Shown here one piece after another: positions 1 through 11,700 of a stretch of DNA of 64,000 nucleotides. The first letter of the stretch is position 1. Every line of letters begins with the position of its first letter. The position numbers and the translations under genes were made by a program. The stretch comes from Auanema rhodensis (taxonomy: Eukaryota > Animalia > Nematoda). The stretch spans positions 20,274,001-20,338,000 of the forward strand of contig OZ059897.1 of NCBI GenBank assembly GCA_964057225.1. The letters are read 5' to 3'. A model generated the notes under the pieces. The model was not told the DNA's origin. It worked only from the letters and a program-made list of their open reading frames with translations, and searched no databases.

Positions 1-8
1 AAGGCGAA

Positions 9-22
9 GACGATGGACAATG
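9..22. repeat. Internal 7-bp direct repeat (GACNATG)x2 in every monomer
   Basis: GACGATG-GACAATG at 9-22; other copies read GACAATG-GACCATG (360-373) or GACGATG-GACGATG (16155-16168). Confidence 0.9.
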
Positions 23-63
23 TTATTCAACGAAAAAATTAATTCTTCAGGGTGAAAATCGAG

Positions 64-94
64 GATATAAGTGTGAACTTATATCAGTTGATAT
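64..94. repeat. Two overlapping inverted repeats: GATATAAGT-N4-ACTTATATC (64-85) and ATATCA-N2-TGATAT (81-94)
   Basis: Perfect 9-bp arms at 64-72/77-85 and perfect 6-bp arms at 81-86/89-94, read directly; present in most monomers. Confidence 0.92.
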
Positions 95-95
95 C

Positions 96-162
96 TCGGT
101 ACATTTTTAAGCTAGCGCAAATCTGATAACACAGATCGACGCAGCTTAAAAATCCGCATCGA
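96..162. repeat. Long imperfect inverted repeat (~67-nt hairpin/cruciform potential)
   Basis: ATTTTTAAGCT(103-113)/AGCTTAAAAAT(143-153) is a perfect 11-bp stem. Inner pairs are GCG(115-117)/CGC(140-142) and ATCTG(121-125)/CAGAT(132-136) around a 6-nt loop. The outer TCGGTGC/GCATCGA pair has one G-T in monomers with G at position 101. Confidence 0.9.
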
Positions 163-236
163 ATGCACTATACTACATGGAAGAACGCTTAATACAAAAA
201 TTAGTTATGATCGTTTGAAAAATGATGCATTAGTGT

Positions 237-264
237 ATGTTGAGTTTCCATGTACACTCAACAT
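237..264. repeat. Inverted repeat ATGTTGAGT-N10-ACTCAACAT
   Basis: Perfect 9-bp arms at 237-245 and 256-264; nearly invariant across the array. Confidence 0.92.
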
Positions 265-271
265 TGCTTCC

Positions 272-337
272 AAAAACATTTTGACAAAAATTTTTTCGAA
301 AAATTTCAAAATAATTTAGCAAAAAGTAGATGTTTTT
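272..337. repeat. Nested A/T-tract dyads centred near the TTTTTCGAAAAA palindrome
   Basis: 12-bp palindrome at 292-303, 10-bp palindrome AAAAATTTTT at 286-295, ATTTTGA(278-284)/TCAAAAT(306-312), AAAAACAT(272-279)/ATGTTTTT(330-337). Confidence 0.8.
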
Positions 338-3300
338 AGATTCCTTTTTTCAAGGCAAAGACAATGGACCATGTTATTCAACGAAAAAATTAATTCTTCA
401 GGGTGAAAATCGAGGATATAAGTGTAAACTTATATCATTTGATATCTCGGTGCATTTTTAAGCTAGCGCAAATCTGATAACACAGATCGACGCAGCTTAA
501 AAATCCGCATCGAATGCACTATACTACATTAAGAAACGCTTAATACAAAAATTAGTTATGATCGTTTGAAAAATGATGCATTAGTGTATGTTGAGTTTCC
601 ATTTACACTCAACATTGCTTCCAAAAACATTTTGACAAAAATTTTTTCGAAAAATTTCAAAATAATTTAGCAAAAAGTAGATGTTTTTAGATTCCTTTTT
701 TCAAGGCAAAGACGATGGACAATGTTATTTAACGAAAAAATTAATTCTTCAGGGTGAAAATCGAGGATAAAAGTGTAAACTTATATCAGTTGATATCTCG
801 GTGCATTTTTAAGCTAGCGCAAATCTGATAACACAGATCGACGCAGCTTAAAAATCCGCATCGAATGCACTATACTACATTGAGAAACGCTTAATACAAA
901 AATTAGTTATGATCGTTTGAAAAATGATGCATTAGTGTATGTTGAGTTTCCATGTACACTCAACATTGCTTCCAAAAACATTTTGACAAAAATTTTTTCG
1001 AAAAATTTCAAAATAATTTAGCAAAAAGTAGATGTTTTTAGATTCCTTTTTTCAAGGCAAAGACAATGGACCATGTTATTCAACGAAAAAATTAATTCTT
1101 CAGGGTGAAAATCGAGGATATAAGTGTGAACTTATATCAGTTGATATCTCGGTGCATTTTTAAGCTAGCGCAAATCTGATAACACAGATCGACGCAGCTT
1201 AAAAATCCGCATCGAATGCACTATACTACATTAAGAAACGCTTAGTACAAAAATTAGTTATGATCGTTTGAAAAATGATGCATTAGTGTATGTTGAGTTT
1301 CCATGTACACTCAACATTGCTTCCAAAAACATTTTGACAAAAATTTTTTCGAAAAATTTCAAAATAATTTAGCAAAAAGTAGATGTTTTTAGATTCCTTT
1401 TTTCAAGGCAAAGACGATGGACAATGTTATTCAACGAAAAAATTAATTCTTCAGGGTGAAAATCGAGGATATAAGTGTAAACTTATATCAGTTGATATCT
1501 CGGTACATTTTTAAGCTAGCGCAAATCTGATAACACAGATCGACGCAGCTTAAAAATCCGCATCGAATGCACTATACTACATGGAAGAACGCTTAATACA
1601 AAAATTAGTTATGATCGTTTGAAAAATGATGCATTAGTGTATGTTGAGTTTCCATGTACACTCAACATTGCTTCCAAAAACATTTTGACAAAAATTTTTT
1701 CGAAAAATTTCAAAATAATTTAGCAAAAAGTAGATGTTTTTAGATTCCTTTTTTCAAGGCAAAGACGATGGACAATGTTATTTAACGAAAAAATTAATTC
1801 TTCAGGGTGAAAATCGAGGATAAAAGTGTAAACTTATATCAGTTGATATCTCGGTGCATTTTTAAGCTAGCGCAAATCTGATAACACAGATCGACGCAGC
1901 TTAAAAATCCGCATCGAATGCACTATACTACATTGAGAAACGCTTAATACAAAAATTAGTTATGATCGTTTGAAAAATGATGCATTAGTGTATGTTGAGT
2001 TTCCATGTACACTCAACATTGCTTCCAAAAACATTTTGACAAAAATTTTTTCGAAAAATTTCAAAATAATTTAGCAAAAAGTAGATGTTTTTAGATTCCT
2101 TTTTTCAAGGCAAAGACGATGAACAATGTTATTCAACGAAAAAATTAATTCTTCAGGGTGAAAATCGAGGATATAAGTGTGAACTTATATCAGATGATAT
2201 CTCGGTGCATTTTTAAGCTAGCGCAAATCTGATAACACAGATCGACGCAGCTTAAAAATCCGCATCGAATGCACTATACTACATTGGGAAACGCTTAATA
2301 CAAAAATTAGTTATGATCGTTTGAAAAATGATGCATTAGTGTATGTTGAGTTTCCATGTACACTCAACATTGCTTCCAAAAACATTTTGACAAAAATTTT
2401 TTCGAAAAATTTCAAAATAATTTAGCAAAAAGTAGATGTTTTTAGATTCCTTTTTTCAAGGCAAAGACAATGGACCATGTTATTCAACGAAAAAATTAAT
2501 TCTTCAGGGTGAAAATCGAGGATATAAGTGTGAACTTATATCAGTTGATATCTCGGTGCATTTTTAAGCTAGCGCAAATCTGATAACACAGATCGACGCA
2601 GCTTAAAAATCCGCATCGAATGCACTATACTACATTAAGAAACGCTTAGTACAAAAATTAGTTATGATCGTTTGAAAAATGATGCATTAGTGTATGTTGA
2701 GTTTCCATGTACACTCAACATTGCTTCCAAAAACATTTTGACAAAAATTTTTTCGAAAAATTTCAAAATAATTTAGCAAAAAGTAGATGTTTTTAGATTC
2801 CTTTTTTCAAGGCAAAGACGATGGACAATGTTATTCAACGAAAAAATTAATTCTTCAGGGTGAAAATCGAGGATATAAGTGTAAACTTATATCAGTTGAT
2901 ATCTCGGTACATTTTTAAGCTAGCGCAAATCTGATAACACAGATCGACGCAGCTTAAAAATCCGCATCGAATGCACTATACTACATGGAAGAACGCTTAA
3001 TACAAAAATTAGTTATGATCGTTTGAAAAATGATGCATTAGTGTATGTTGAGTTTCCATGTACACTCAACATTGCTTCCAAAAACATTTTGACAAAAATT
3101 TTTTCGAAAAATTTCAAAATAATTTAGCAAAAAGTAGATGTTTTTAGATTCCTTTTTTCAAGGCAAAGACGATGGACAATGTTATTTAACGAAAAAATTA
3201 ATTCTTCAGGGTGAAAATCGAGGATAAAAGTGTAAACTTATATCAGTTGATATCTCGGTGCATTTTTAAGCTAGCGCAAATCTGATAACACAGATCGACG

Positions 3301-5265
3301 CAGCTTAAAAATCCGCATCGAATGCACTATACTACATTGAGAAACGCTTAATACAAAAATTAGTTATGATCGTTTGAAAAATGATGCATTAGTGTATGTT
3401 GAGTTTCCATGTACACTCAACATTGCTTCCAAAAACATTTTGACAAAAATTTTTTCGAAAAATTTCAAAATAATTTAGCAAAAAGTAGATGTTTTTAGAT
3501 TCCTTTTTTCAAGGCAAAGACAATGGACCATGTTATTCAACGAAAAAATTAATTCTTCAGGGTGAAAATCGAGGATATAAGTGTAAACTTATATCATTTG
3601 ATATCTCGGTGCATTTTTAAGCTAGCGCAAATCTGATAACACAGATCGACGCAGCTTAAAAATCCGCATCGAATGCACTATACTACATTAAGAAACGCTT
3701 AATACGAAAATTAGTTATGATCGTTTGAAAAATGATGCATTAGTGTATGTTGAGTTTCCATGTACACTCAACATTGCTTCCAAAAACATTTTGACAAAAA
3801 TTTTTTCGAAAAATTTCAAAATAATTTGGCAAAAAGTAGATGTTTTTAGATTCCTTTTTTCAAGGCAAAGACAATGGACCATGTTATTCAACGAAAAAAT
3901 TAATTCTTCAGGGTGAAAATCGAGGATATAAGTGTAAACTTATATCATTTGATATCTCGGTGCATTTTTAAGCTAGCGCAAATCTGATAACACAGATCGA
4001 CGCAGCTTAAAAATCCGCATCGAATGCACTATACTACATTAAAAAACGCTTAATACAAAAATTAGTTATGATCGTTTGAAAAATGATGCATTAGTGTATG
4101 TTGAGTTTCCATGTACACTCAACATTGCTTCCGAAAACATTTTGACAAAAATTTTTTCGAAAAATTTCAAAATAATTTAGCAAAAAGTAGATGTTTTTAG
4201 ATTCCTTTTTTCAAGGCAAAGACGATGAACAATGTTATTCAACGAAAAAATTAATTCTTCAGGGTGAAAATCGAGGATATAAGTGTGAACTTATATCAGA
4301 TGATATCTCGGTGCATTTTTAAGCTAGCGCAAATCTGATAACACAGATCGACGCAGCTTAAAAATCCGCATCGAATGCACTATACTACATTGAGAAACGC
4401 TTAATACAAAAATTAGTTATGATCGTTTGAAAAATGATGCATTAGTGTATGTTGAGTTTCCATGTACACTCAACATTGCTTCCAAAAACATTTTGACAAA
4501 AATTTTTTCGAAAAATTTCAAAATAATTTAGCAAAAAGTAGATGTTTTTAGATTCCTTTTTTCAAGGCAAAGACAATGGACCATGTTATTCAACGAAAAA
4601 ATTAATTCTTCAGGGTGAAAATCGAGGATATAAGTGTGAACTTATATCAGTTGATATCTCGGTGCATTTTTAAGCTAGCGCAAATCTGATAACACAGATC
4701 GACGCAGCTTAAAAATCCGCATCGAATGCACTATACTACATTGAGAAACGCTTAATACAAAAATTAGTTATGATCGTTTGAAAAATGATGCATTAGTGTA
4801 TGTTGAGTTTCCATGTACACTCAACATTGCTTCCAAAAACATTTTGACAAAAATTTTTTCGAAAAATTTCAAAATAATTTAGCAAAAAGTAGATGTTTTT
4901 AGATTCCTTTTTTCAAGGCAAAGACAATGGACCATGTTATTCAACGAAAAAATTAATTCTTCAGGGTGAAAATCGAGGATATAAGTGTGAACTTATATCA
5001 GTTGATATCTCGGTACATTTTTAAGCTAGCGCAAATCTGATAACACAGATCGACGCAGCTTAAAAATCCGCATCGAATGCACTATACTACATGGAAGAAC
5101 GCTTAATACAAAAGTTAGTTATGATCGTTTGAAAAATGATGCATTAGTGTATGTTGAGTTTCCATGTACACTCAACATTGCTTCCAAAAACATTTTGACA
5201 AAAATTTTTTCGAAAAATTTCAAAATAATTTAGCAAAAAGTAGATGTTTTTAGATTCCTTTTTTC

Positions 5266-8200
5266 AAGGCAAAGACGATGGACAATGTTATTTAACGAAA
5301 AAATTAATTCTTCAGGGTGAAAATCGAGGATAAAAGTGTAAACTTATATCAGTTGATATCTCGGTGCATTTTTAAGCTAGCGCAAATCTGATAACACAGA
5401 TCGACGCAGCTTAAAAATCCGCATCGAATGCACTATACTACATTGAGAAACGCTTAATACAAAAATTAGTTATGATCGTTTGAAAAATGATGCATTAGTG
5501 TATGTTGAGTTTCCATGTACACTCAACATTGCTTCCAAAAACATTTTGACAAAAATTTTTTCGAAAAATTTCAAAATAATTTAGCAAAAAGTAGATGTTT
5601 TTAGATTCCTTTTTTCAAGGCAAAGACAATGAACCATGTTATTCAACGAAAAAATTAATTCTTCAGGGTGAAAATCGAGGATATAAGTGTGAACTTATAT
5701 CAGTTGATATCTCGGTGCATTTTTAAGCTAGCGCAAATCTGATAACACAGATCGACGCAGCTTAAAAATCCGCATCGAATGCACTATACTACATTAAGAA
5801 ACGCTTAATACAAAAATTAGTTATGATCGTTTGAAAAATGATGCATTAGTGTATGTTGAGTTTCCATGTACACTCAACATTGCTTCCGAAAACATTTTGA
5901 CAAAAATTTTTTCGAAAAATTTCAAAATAATTTAGCAAAAAGTAGATGTTTTTAGATTCCTTTTTTCAAGGCAAAGACGATGGACAATGTTATTTAACGA
6001 AAAAATTAATTCTTCAGGGTGAAAATCGAGGATAAAAGTGTAAACTTATATCAGTTGATATCTCGGTGCATTTTTAAGCTAGCGCAAATCTGATAACACA
6101 GATCGACGCAGCTTAAAAATCCGCATCGAATGCACTATACTACATTGAGAAACGCTTAATACAAAAATTAGTTATGATCGTTTGAAAAATGATGCATTAG
6201 TGTATGTTGAGTTTCCATGTACACTCAACATTGCTTCCAAAAACATTTTGACAAAAATTTTTTCGAAAAATTTCAAAATAATTTAGCAAAAAGTAGATGT
6301 TTTTAGATTCCTTTTTTCAAGGCAAAGACAATGGACCATGTTATTCAACGAAAAAATTAATTCTTCAGGGTGAAAATCGAGGATATAAGTGTGAACTTAT
6401 ATCAGTTGATATCTCGGTGCATTTTTAAGCTAGCGCAAATCTGATAACACAGATCGACGCAGCTTAAAAATCCGCATCGAATGCACTATACTACATTAAG
6501 AAACGCTTAATACAAAAGTTAGTTATGATCGTTTGAAAAATGATGCATTAGTGTATGTTGAGTTTCCATGTACACTCAACATTGCTTCCAAAAACATTTT
6601 GACAAAAATTTTTTCGAAAAATTTCAAAATAATTTAGCAAAAAGTAGATGTTTTTAGATTCCTTTTTTCAAGGCAAAGACGATGGACAATGTTATTTAAC
6701 GAAAAAATTAATTCTTCAGGGTGAAAATCGAGGATAAAAGTGTAAACTTATATCAGTTGATATCTCGGTGCATTTTTAAGCTAGCGCAAATCTGATAACA
6801 CAGATCGACGCAGCTTAAAAATCCGCATCGAATGCACTATACTACATTGAGAAACGCTTAATACAAAAATTAGTTATGATCGTTTGAAAAATGATGCATT
6901 AGTGTATGTTGAGTTTCCATGTACACTCAACATTGCTTCCAAAAACATTTTGACAAAAATTTTTTCGAAAAATTTCAAAATAATTTAGCAAAAAGTAGAT
7001 GTTTTTAGATTCCTTTTTTCAAGGCAAAGACAATGGACCATGTTATTCAACGAAAAAATTAATTCTTCAGGGTGAAAATCGAGGATATAAGTGTAAACTT
7101 ATATCATTTGATATCTCGGTGCATTTTTAAGCTAGCGCAAATCTGATAACACAGATCGACGCAGCTTAAAAATCCGCATCGAATGCACTATACTACATTA
7201 AGAAACGCTTAATACAAAAGTTAGTTATGATCGTTTGAAAAATGATGCATTAGTGTATGTTGAGTTTCCATGTACACTCAACATTGCTTCCAAAAACATT
7301 TTGACAAAAATTTTTTCGAAAAATTTCAAAATAATTTAGCAAAAAGTAGATGTTTTTAGATTCCTTTTTTCAAGGCAAAGACGATGGACAATGTTATTTA
7401 ACGAAAAAATTAATTCTTCAGGGTGAAAATCGAGGATAAAAGTGTAAACTTATATCAGTTGATATCTCGGTGCATTTTTAAGCTAGCGCAAATCTGATAA
7501 CACAGATCGACGCAGCTTAAAAATCCGCATCGAATGCACTATACTACATTGAGAAACGCTTAATACAAAAATTAGTTATGATCGTTTGAAAAATGATGCA
7601 TTAGTGTATGTTGAGTTTCCATGTACACTCAACATTGCTTCCAAAAACATTTTGACAAAAATTTTTTCGAAAAATTTCAAAATAATTTAGCAAAAAGTAG
7701 ATGTTTTTAGATTCCTTTTTTCAAGGCAAAGACAATGGACCATGTTATTCAACGAAAAAATTAATTCTTCAGGGTGAAAATCGAGGATATAAGTGTGAAC
7801 TTATATCAGTTGATATCTCGGTGCATTTTTAAGCTAGCGCAAATCTGATAACACAGATCGACGCAGCTTAAAAATCCGCATCGAATGCACTATACTACAT
7901 TAAGAAACGCTTAATACAAAAGTTAGTTATGATCGTTTGAAAAATGATGCATTAGTGTATGTTGAGTTTCCATGTACACTCAACATTGCTTCCAAAAACA
8001 TTTTGACAAAAATTTTTTCGAAAAATTTCAAAATAATTTAGCAAAAAGTAGATGTTTTTAGATTCCTTTTTTCAAGGCAAAGACGATGGACAATGTTATT
8101 TAACGAAAAAATTAATTCTTCAGGGTGAAAATCGAGGATAAAAGTGTAAACTTATATCAGTTGATATCTCGGTGCATTTTTAAGCTAGCGCAAATCTGAT

Positions 8201-8775
8201 AACACAGATCGACGCAGCTTAAAAATCCGCATCGAATGCACTATACTACATTGAGAAACGCTTAATACAAAAATTAGTTATGATCGTTTGAAAAATGATG
8301 CATTAGTGTATGTTGAGTTTCCATGTACACTCAACATTGCTTCCAAAAACATTTTGACAAAAATTTTTTCGAAAAATTTCAAAATAATTTAGCAAAAAGT
8401 AGATGTTTTTAGATTCCTTTTTTCAAGGCAAAGACAATGGACCATGTTATTCAACGAAAAAATTAATTCTTCAGGGTGAAAATCGAGGATATAAGTGTAA
8501 ACTTATATCATTTGATATCTCGGTGCATTTTTAAGCTAGCGCAAATCTGATAACACAGATCGACGCAGCTTAAAAATCCGCATCGAATGCACTATACTAC
8601 ATTAAGAAACGCTTAATACGAAAATTAGTTATGATCGTTTGAAAAATGATGCATTAGTGTATGTTGAGTTTCCATGTACACTCAACATTGCTTCCAAAAA
8701 CATTTTGACAAAAATTTTTTCGAAAAATTTCAAAATAATTTAGCAAAAAGTAGATGTTTTTAGATTCCTTTTTTC
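5266..8775. repeat. Local dimeric (702-bp) higher-order repeat, five units
   Basis: Monomer type [CGATGGACA, TATTTAAC, GATAAAAG, TTGAGA] strictly alternates with type [CAATG(G/A)ACC, TTAAGA]; rare A>G marker at 6518, 7220 and 7922 (702 spacing). Confidence 0.85.
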
Positions 8776-11700
8776 AAGGCAAAGACAATGGACCATGTTA
8801 TTCAACGAAAAAATTAATTCTTCAGGGTGAAAATCGAGGATATAAGTGTGAACTTATATCAGTTGATATCTCGGTACATTTTTAAGCTAGCGCAAATCTG
8901 ATAACACAGATCGACGCAGCTTAAAAATCCGCATCGAATGCACTATACTACATTGAGAAACGCTTAATACAAAAATTAGTTATGATCGTTTGAAAAATGA
9001 TGCATTAGTGTATGTTGAGTTTCCATGTACACTCAACATTGCTTCCAAAAACATTTTGACAAAAATTTTTTCGAAAAATTTCAGAATAATTTAGCAAAAA
9101 GTAGATGTTTTTAGATTCCTTTTTTCAAGGCAAAGACAATGGACCATGTTATTCAACGAAAAAATTAATTCTTCAGGGTGAAAATCGAGGATATAAGTGT
9201 GAACTTATATCAGTTGATATCTCGGTGCATTTTTAAGCTAGCGCAAATCTGATAACACAGATCGACGCAGCTTAAAAATCCGCATCGAATGCACTATACT
9301 ACATTAAGAAACGCTTAATACAAAAATTAGTTATGATCGTTTGAAAAATGATGCATTAGTGTATGTTGAGTTTCCATGTACACTCAACATTGCTTTCAAA
9401 AACATTTTGACAAAAATTTTTTCGAAAAATTTCAAAATAATTTAGCAAAAAGTAGATGTTTTTAGATTCCTTTTTTCAAGGCAAAGACGATGGACAATGT
9501 TATTCAACGAAAAAATTAATTCTTCAGGGTGAAAATCGAGGATATAAGTGTAAACTTATATCAGTTGATATCTCGGTGCATTTTTAAGCTAGCGCAAATC
9601 TGATAACACAGATCGACGCAGCTTAAAAATCCGCATCGAATGCACTATACTACATTAAGAAACGCTTAATACGAAAATTAGTTATGATCGTTTGAAAAAT
9701 GATGCATTAGTGTATGTTGAGTTTCCATGTACACTCAACATTGCTTCCAAAAACATTTTGACAAAAATTTTTTCGAAAAATTTCAAAATAATTTAGCAAA
9801 AAGTAGATGTTTTTAGATTCCTTTTTTTAAGGCAAAGACAATGGACCATGTTATTCAACGAAAAAATTAATTCTTCAGGGTGAAAATCGAGGATATAAGT
9901 GTAAACTTATATCATTTGATACCTCGGTGCATTTTTAAGCTAGCGCAAATCTGATAACACAGATCGACGCAGCTTAAAAATCCGCATCGAATGCACTATA
10001 CTACATTAAGAAACGCTTAATACAAAAATTAGTTATGATCGTTTGAAAAATGATGCATTAGTGTATGTTGAGTTTCCATGTACACTCAACATTGCTTCCG
10101 AAAACATTTTGACAAAAATTTTTTCGAAAAATTTCAAAATAATTTAGCAAAAAGTAGATGTTTTTAGATTCCTTTTTTTAAGGCAAAGACAATGGACCAT
10201 GTTATTCAACGAAAAAATTAATTCTTCAGGGTGAAAATCGAGGATATAAGTGTAAACTTATATCATTTGATACCTCGGTGCATTTTTAAGCTAGCGCAAA
10301 TCTGATAACACAGATCGACGCAGCTTAAAAATCCGCATCGAATGCACTATACTACATTAAGAAACGCTTAATACAAAAATTAGTTATGATCGTTTGAAAA
10401 ATGATGCATTAGTGTATGTTGAGTTTCCATGTACACTCAACATTGCTTCCGAAAACATTTTGACAAAAATTTTTTCGAAAAATTTCAAAATAATTTAGCA
10501 AAAAGTAGATGTTTTTAGATTCCTTTTTTCAAGGCAAAGACGATGAACAATGTTATTCAACGAAAAAATTAATTCTTCAGGGTGAAAATCGAGGATATAA
10601 GTGTGAACTTATATCAGATGATATCTCGGTGCATTTTTAAGCTAGCGCAAATCTGATAACACAGATCGACGCAGCTTAAAAATCCGCATCGAATGCACTA
10701 TACTACATTGAGAAACGCTTAATACAAAAATTAGTTATGATCGTTTGAAAAATGATGCATTAGTGTATGTTGAGTTTCCATGTACACTCAACATTGCTTC
10801 CAAAAACATTTTGACAAAAATTTTTTCGAAAAATTTCAGAATAATTTAGCAAAAAGTAGATGTTTTTAGATTCCTTTTTTCAAGGCAAAGACAATGGACC
10901 ATGTTATTCAACGAAAAAATTAATTCTTCAGGGTGAAAATCGAGGATATAAGTGTGAACTTATATCAGTTGATATCTCGGTGCATTTTTAAGCTAGCGCA
11001 AATCTGATAACACAGATCGACGCAGCTTAAAAATCCGCATCGAATGCACTATACTACATTAAGAAACGCTTAATACAAAAATTAGTTATGATCGTTTGAA
11101 AAATGATGCATTAGTGTATGTTGAGTTTCCATGTACACTCAACATTGCTTTCAAAAACATTTTGACAAAAATTTTTTCGAAAAATTTCAAAATAATTTAG
11201 CAAAAAGTAGATGTTTTTAGATTCCTTTTTTCAAGGCAAAGACAATGGACCATGTTATTCAACGAAAAAATTAATTCTTCAGGGTGAAAATCGAGGATAT
11301 AAGTGTAAACTTATATCAGTTGATATCTCGGTGCATTTTTAAGCTAGCGCAAATCTGATAACACAGATCGACGCAGCTTAAAAATCCGCATCGAATGCAC
11401 TATACTACATTGAGAAACGCTTAATACAAAAATTAGTTATGATCGTTTGAAAAATGATGCATTAGTGTATGTTGAGTTTCCATGTACACTCAACATTGCT
11501 TCCAAAAACATTTTGACAAAAATTTTTTCGAAAAATTTCAAAATAATTTAGCAAAAAGTAGATGTTTTTAGATTCCTTTTTTCAAGGCAAAGACGATGGA
11601 CAATGTTATTTAACGAAAAAATTAATTCTTCAGGGTGAAAATCGAGGATAAAAGTGTAAACTTATATCAGTTGATATCTCGGTGCATTTTTAAGCTAGCG

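Larger units (their letters stand above)
1..351. repeat. Representative satellite monomer (351 bp, ~32% GC, many A/T tracts)
   Basis: AAGGCGAAGACGATGG at 1 recurs as AAGGCAAAGACAATGG at 352. A4-6/T4-6 tracts are concentrated in monomer positions ~195-350. Confidence 0.98.

Noticed and set aside
44-50. Hammerhead-like core CUGAAGA on the minus strand (some satellites carry hammerhead ribozymes)
   Set aside because: It is not followed by a pairable stem II and GAAA (the next match is GAAU after an unpaired U-rich run), and the plus-strand CUGAUAA at 123-129 lacks the conserved G. An Infernal/Rfam scan of a dimer would be decisive.
96-162. Compensatory change between the GGTAC (position 101) and CGTACG (position 155-160) alleles
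   Set aside because: The two alleles occur in adjacent monomers, not the same one, so they do not restore the intramonomer stem.
294-310. CENP-B box-like motif (TTCG....A)
   Set aside because: Only the first half of NTTCGNNNNANNCGGGN matches; the CGGG half is absent.
1-351. Tandem RNA gene cluster (5S rRNA, tRNA, SL RNA, snRNA)
   Set aside because: No recognisable 5S, tRNA cloverleaf, A/B box or spliced-leader sequence on either strand.
1-351. Monomer as an ancient dimer of ~175-bp subunits
   Set aside because: I see no convincing similarity between the two halves by eye; a self dot-plot would be needed.
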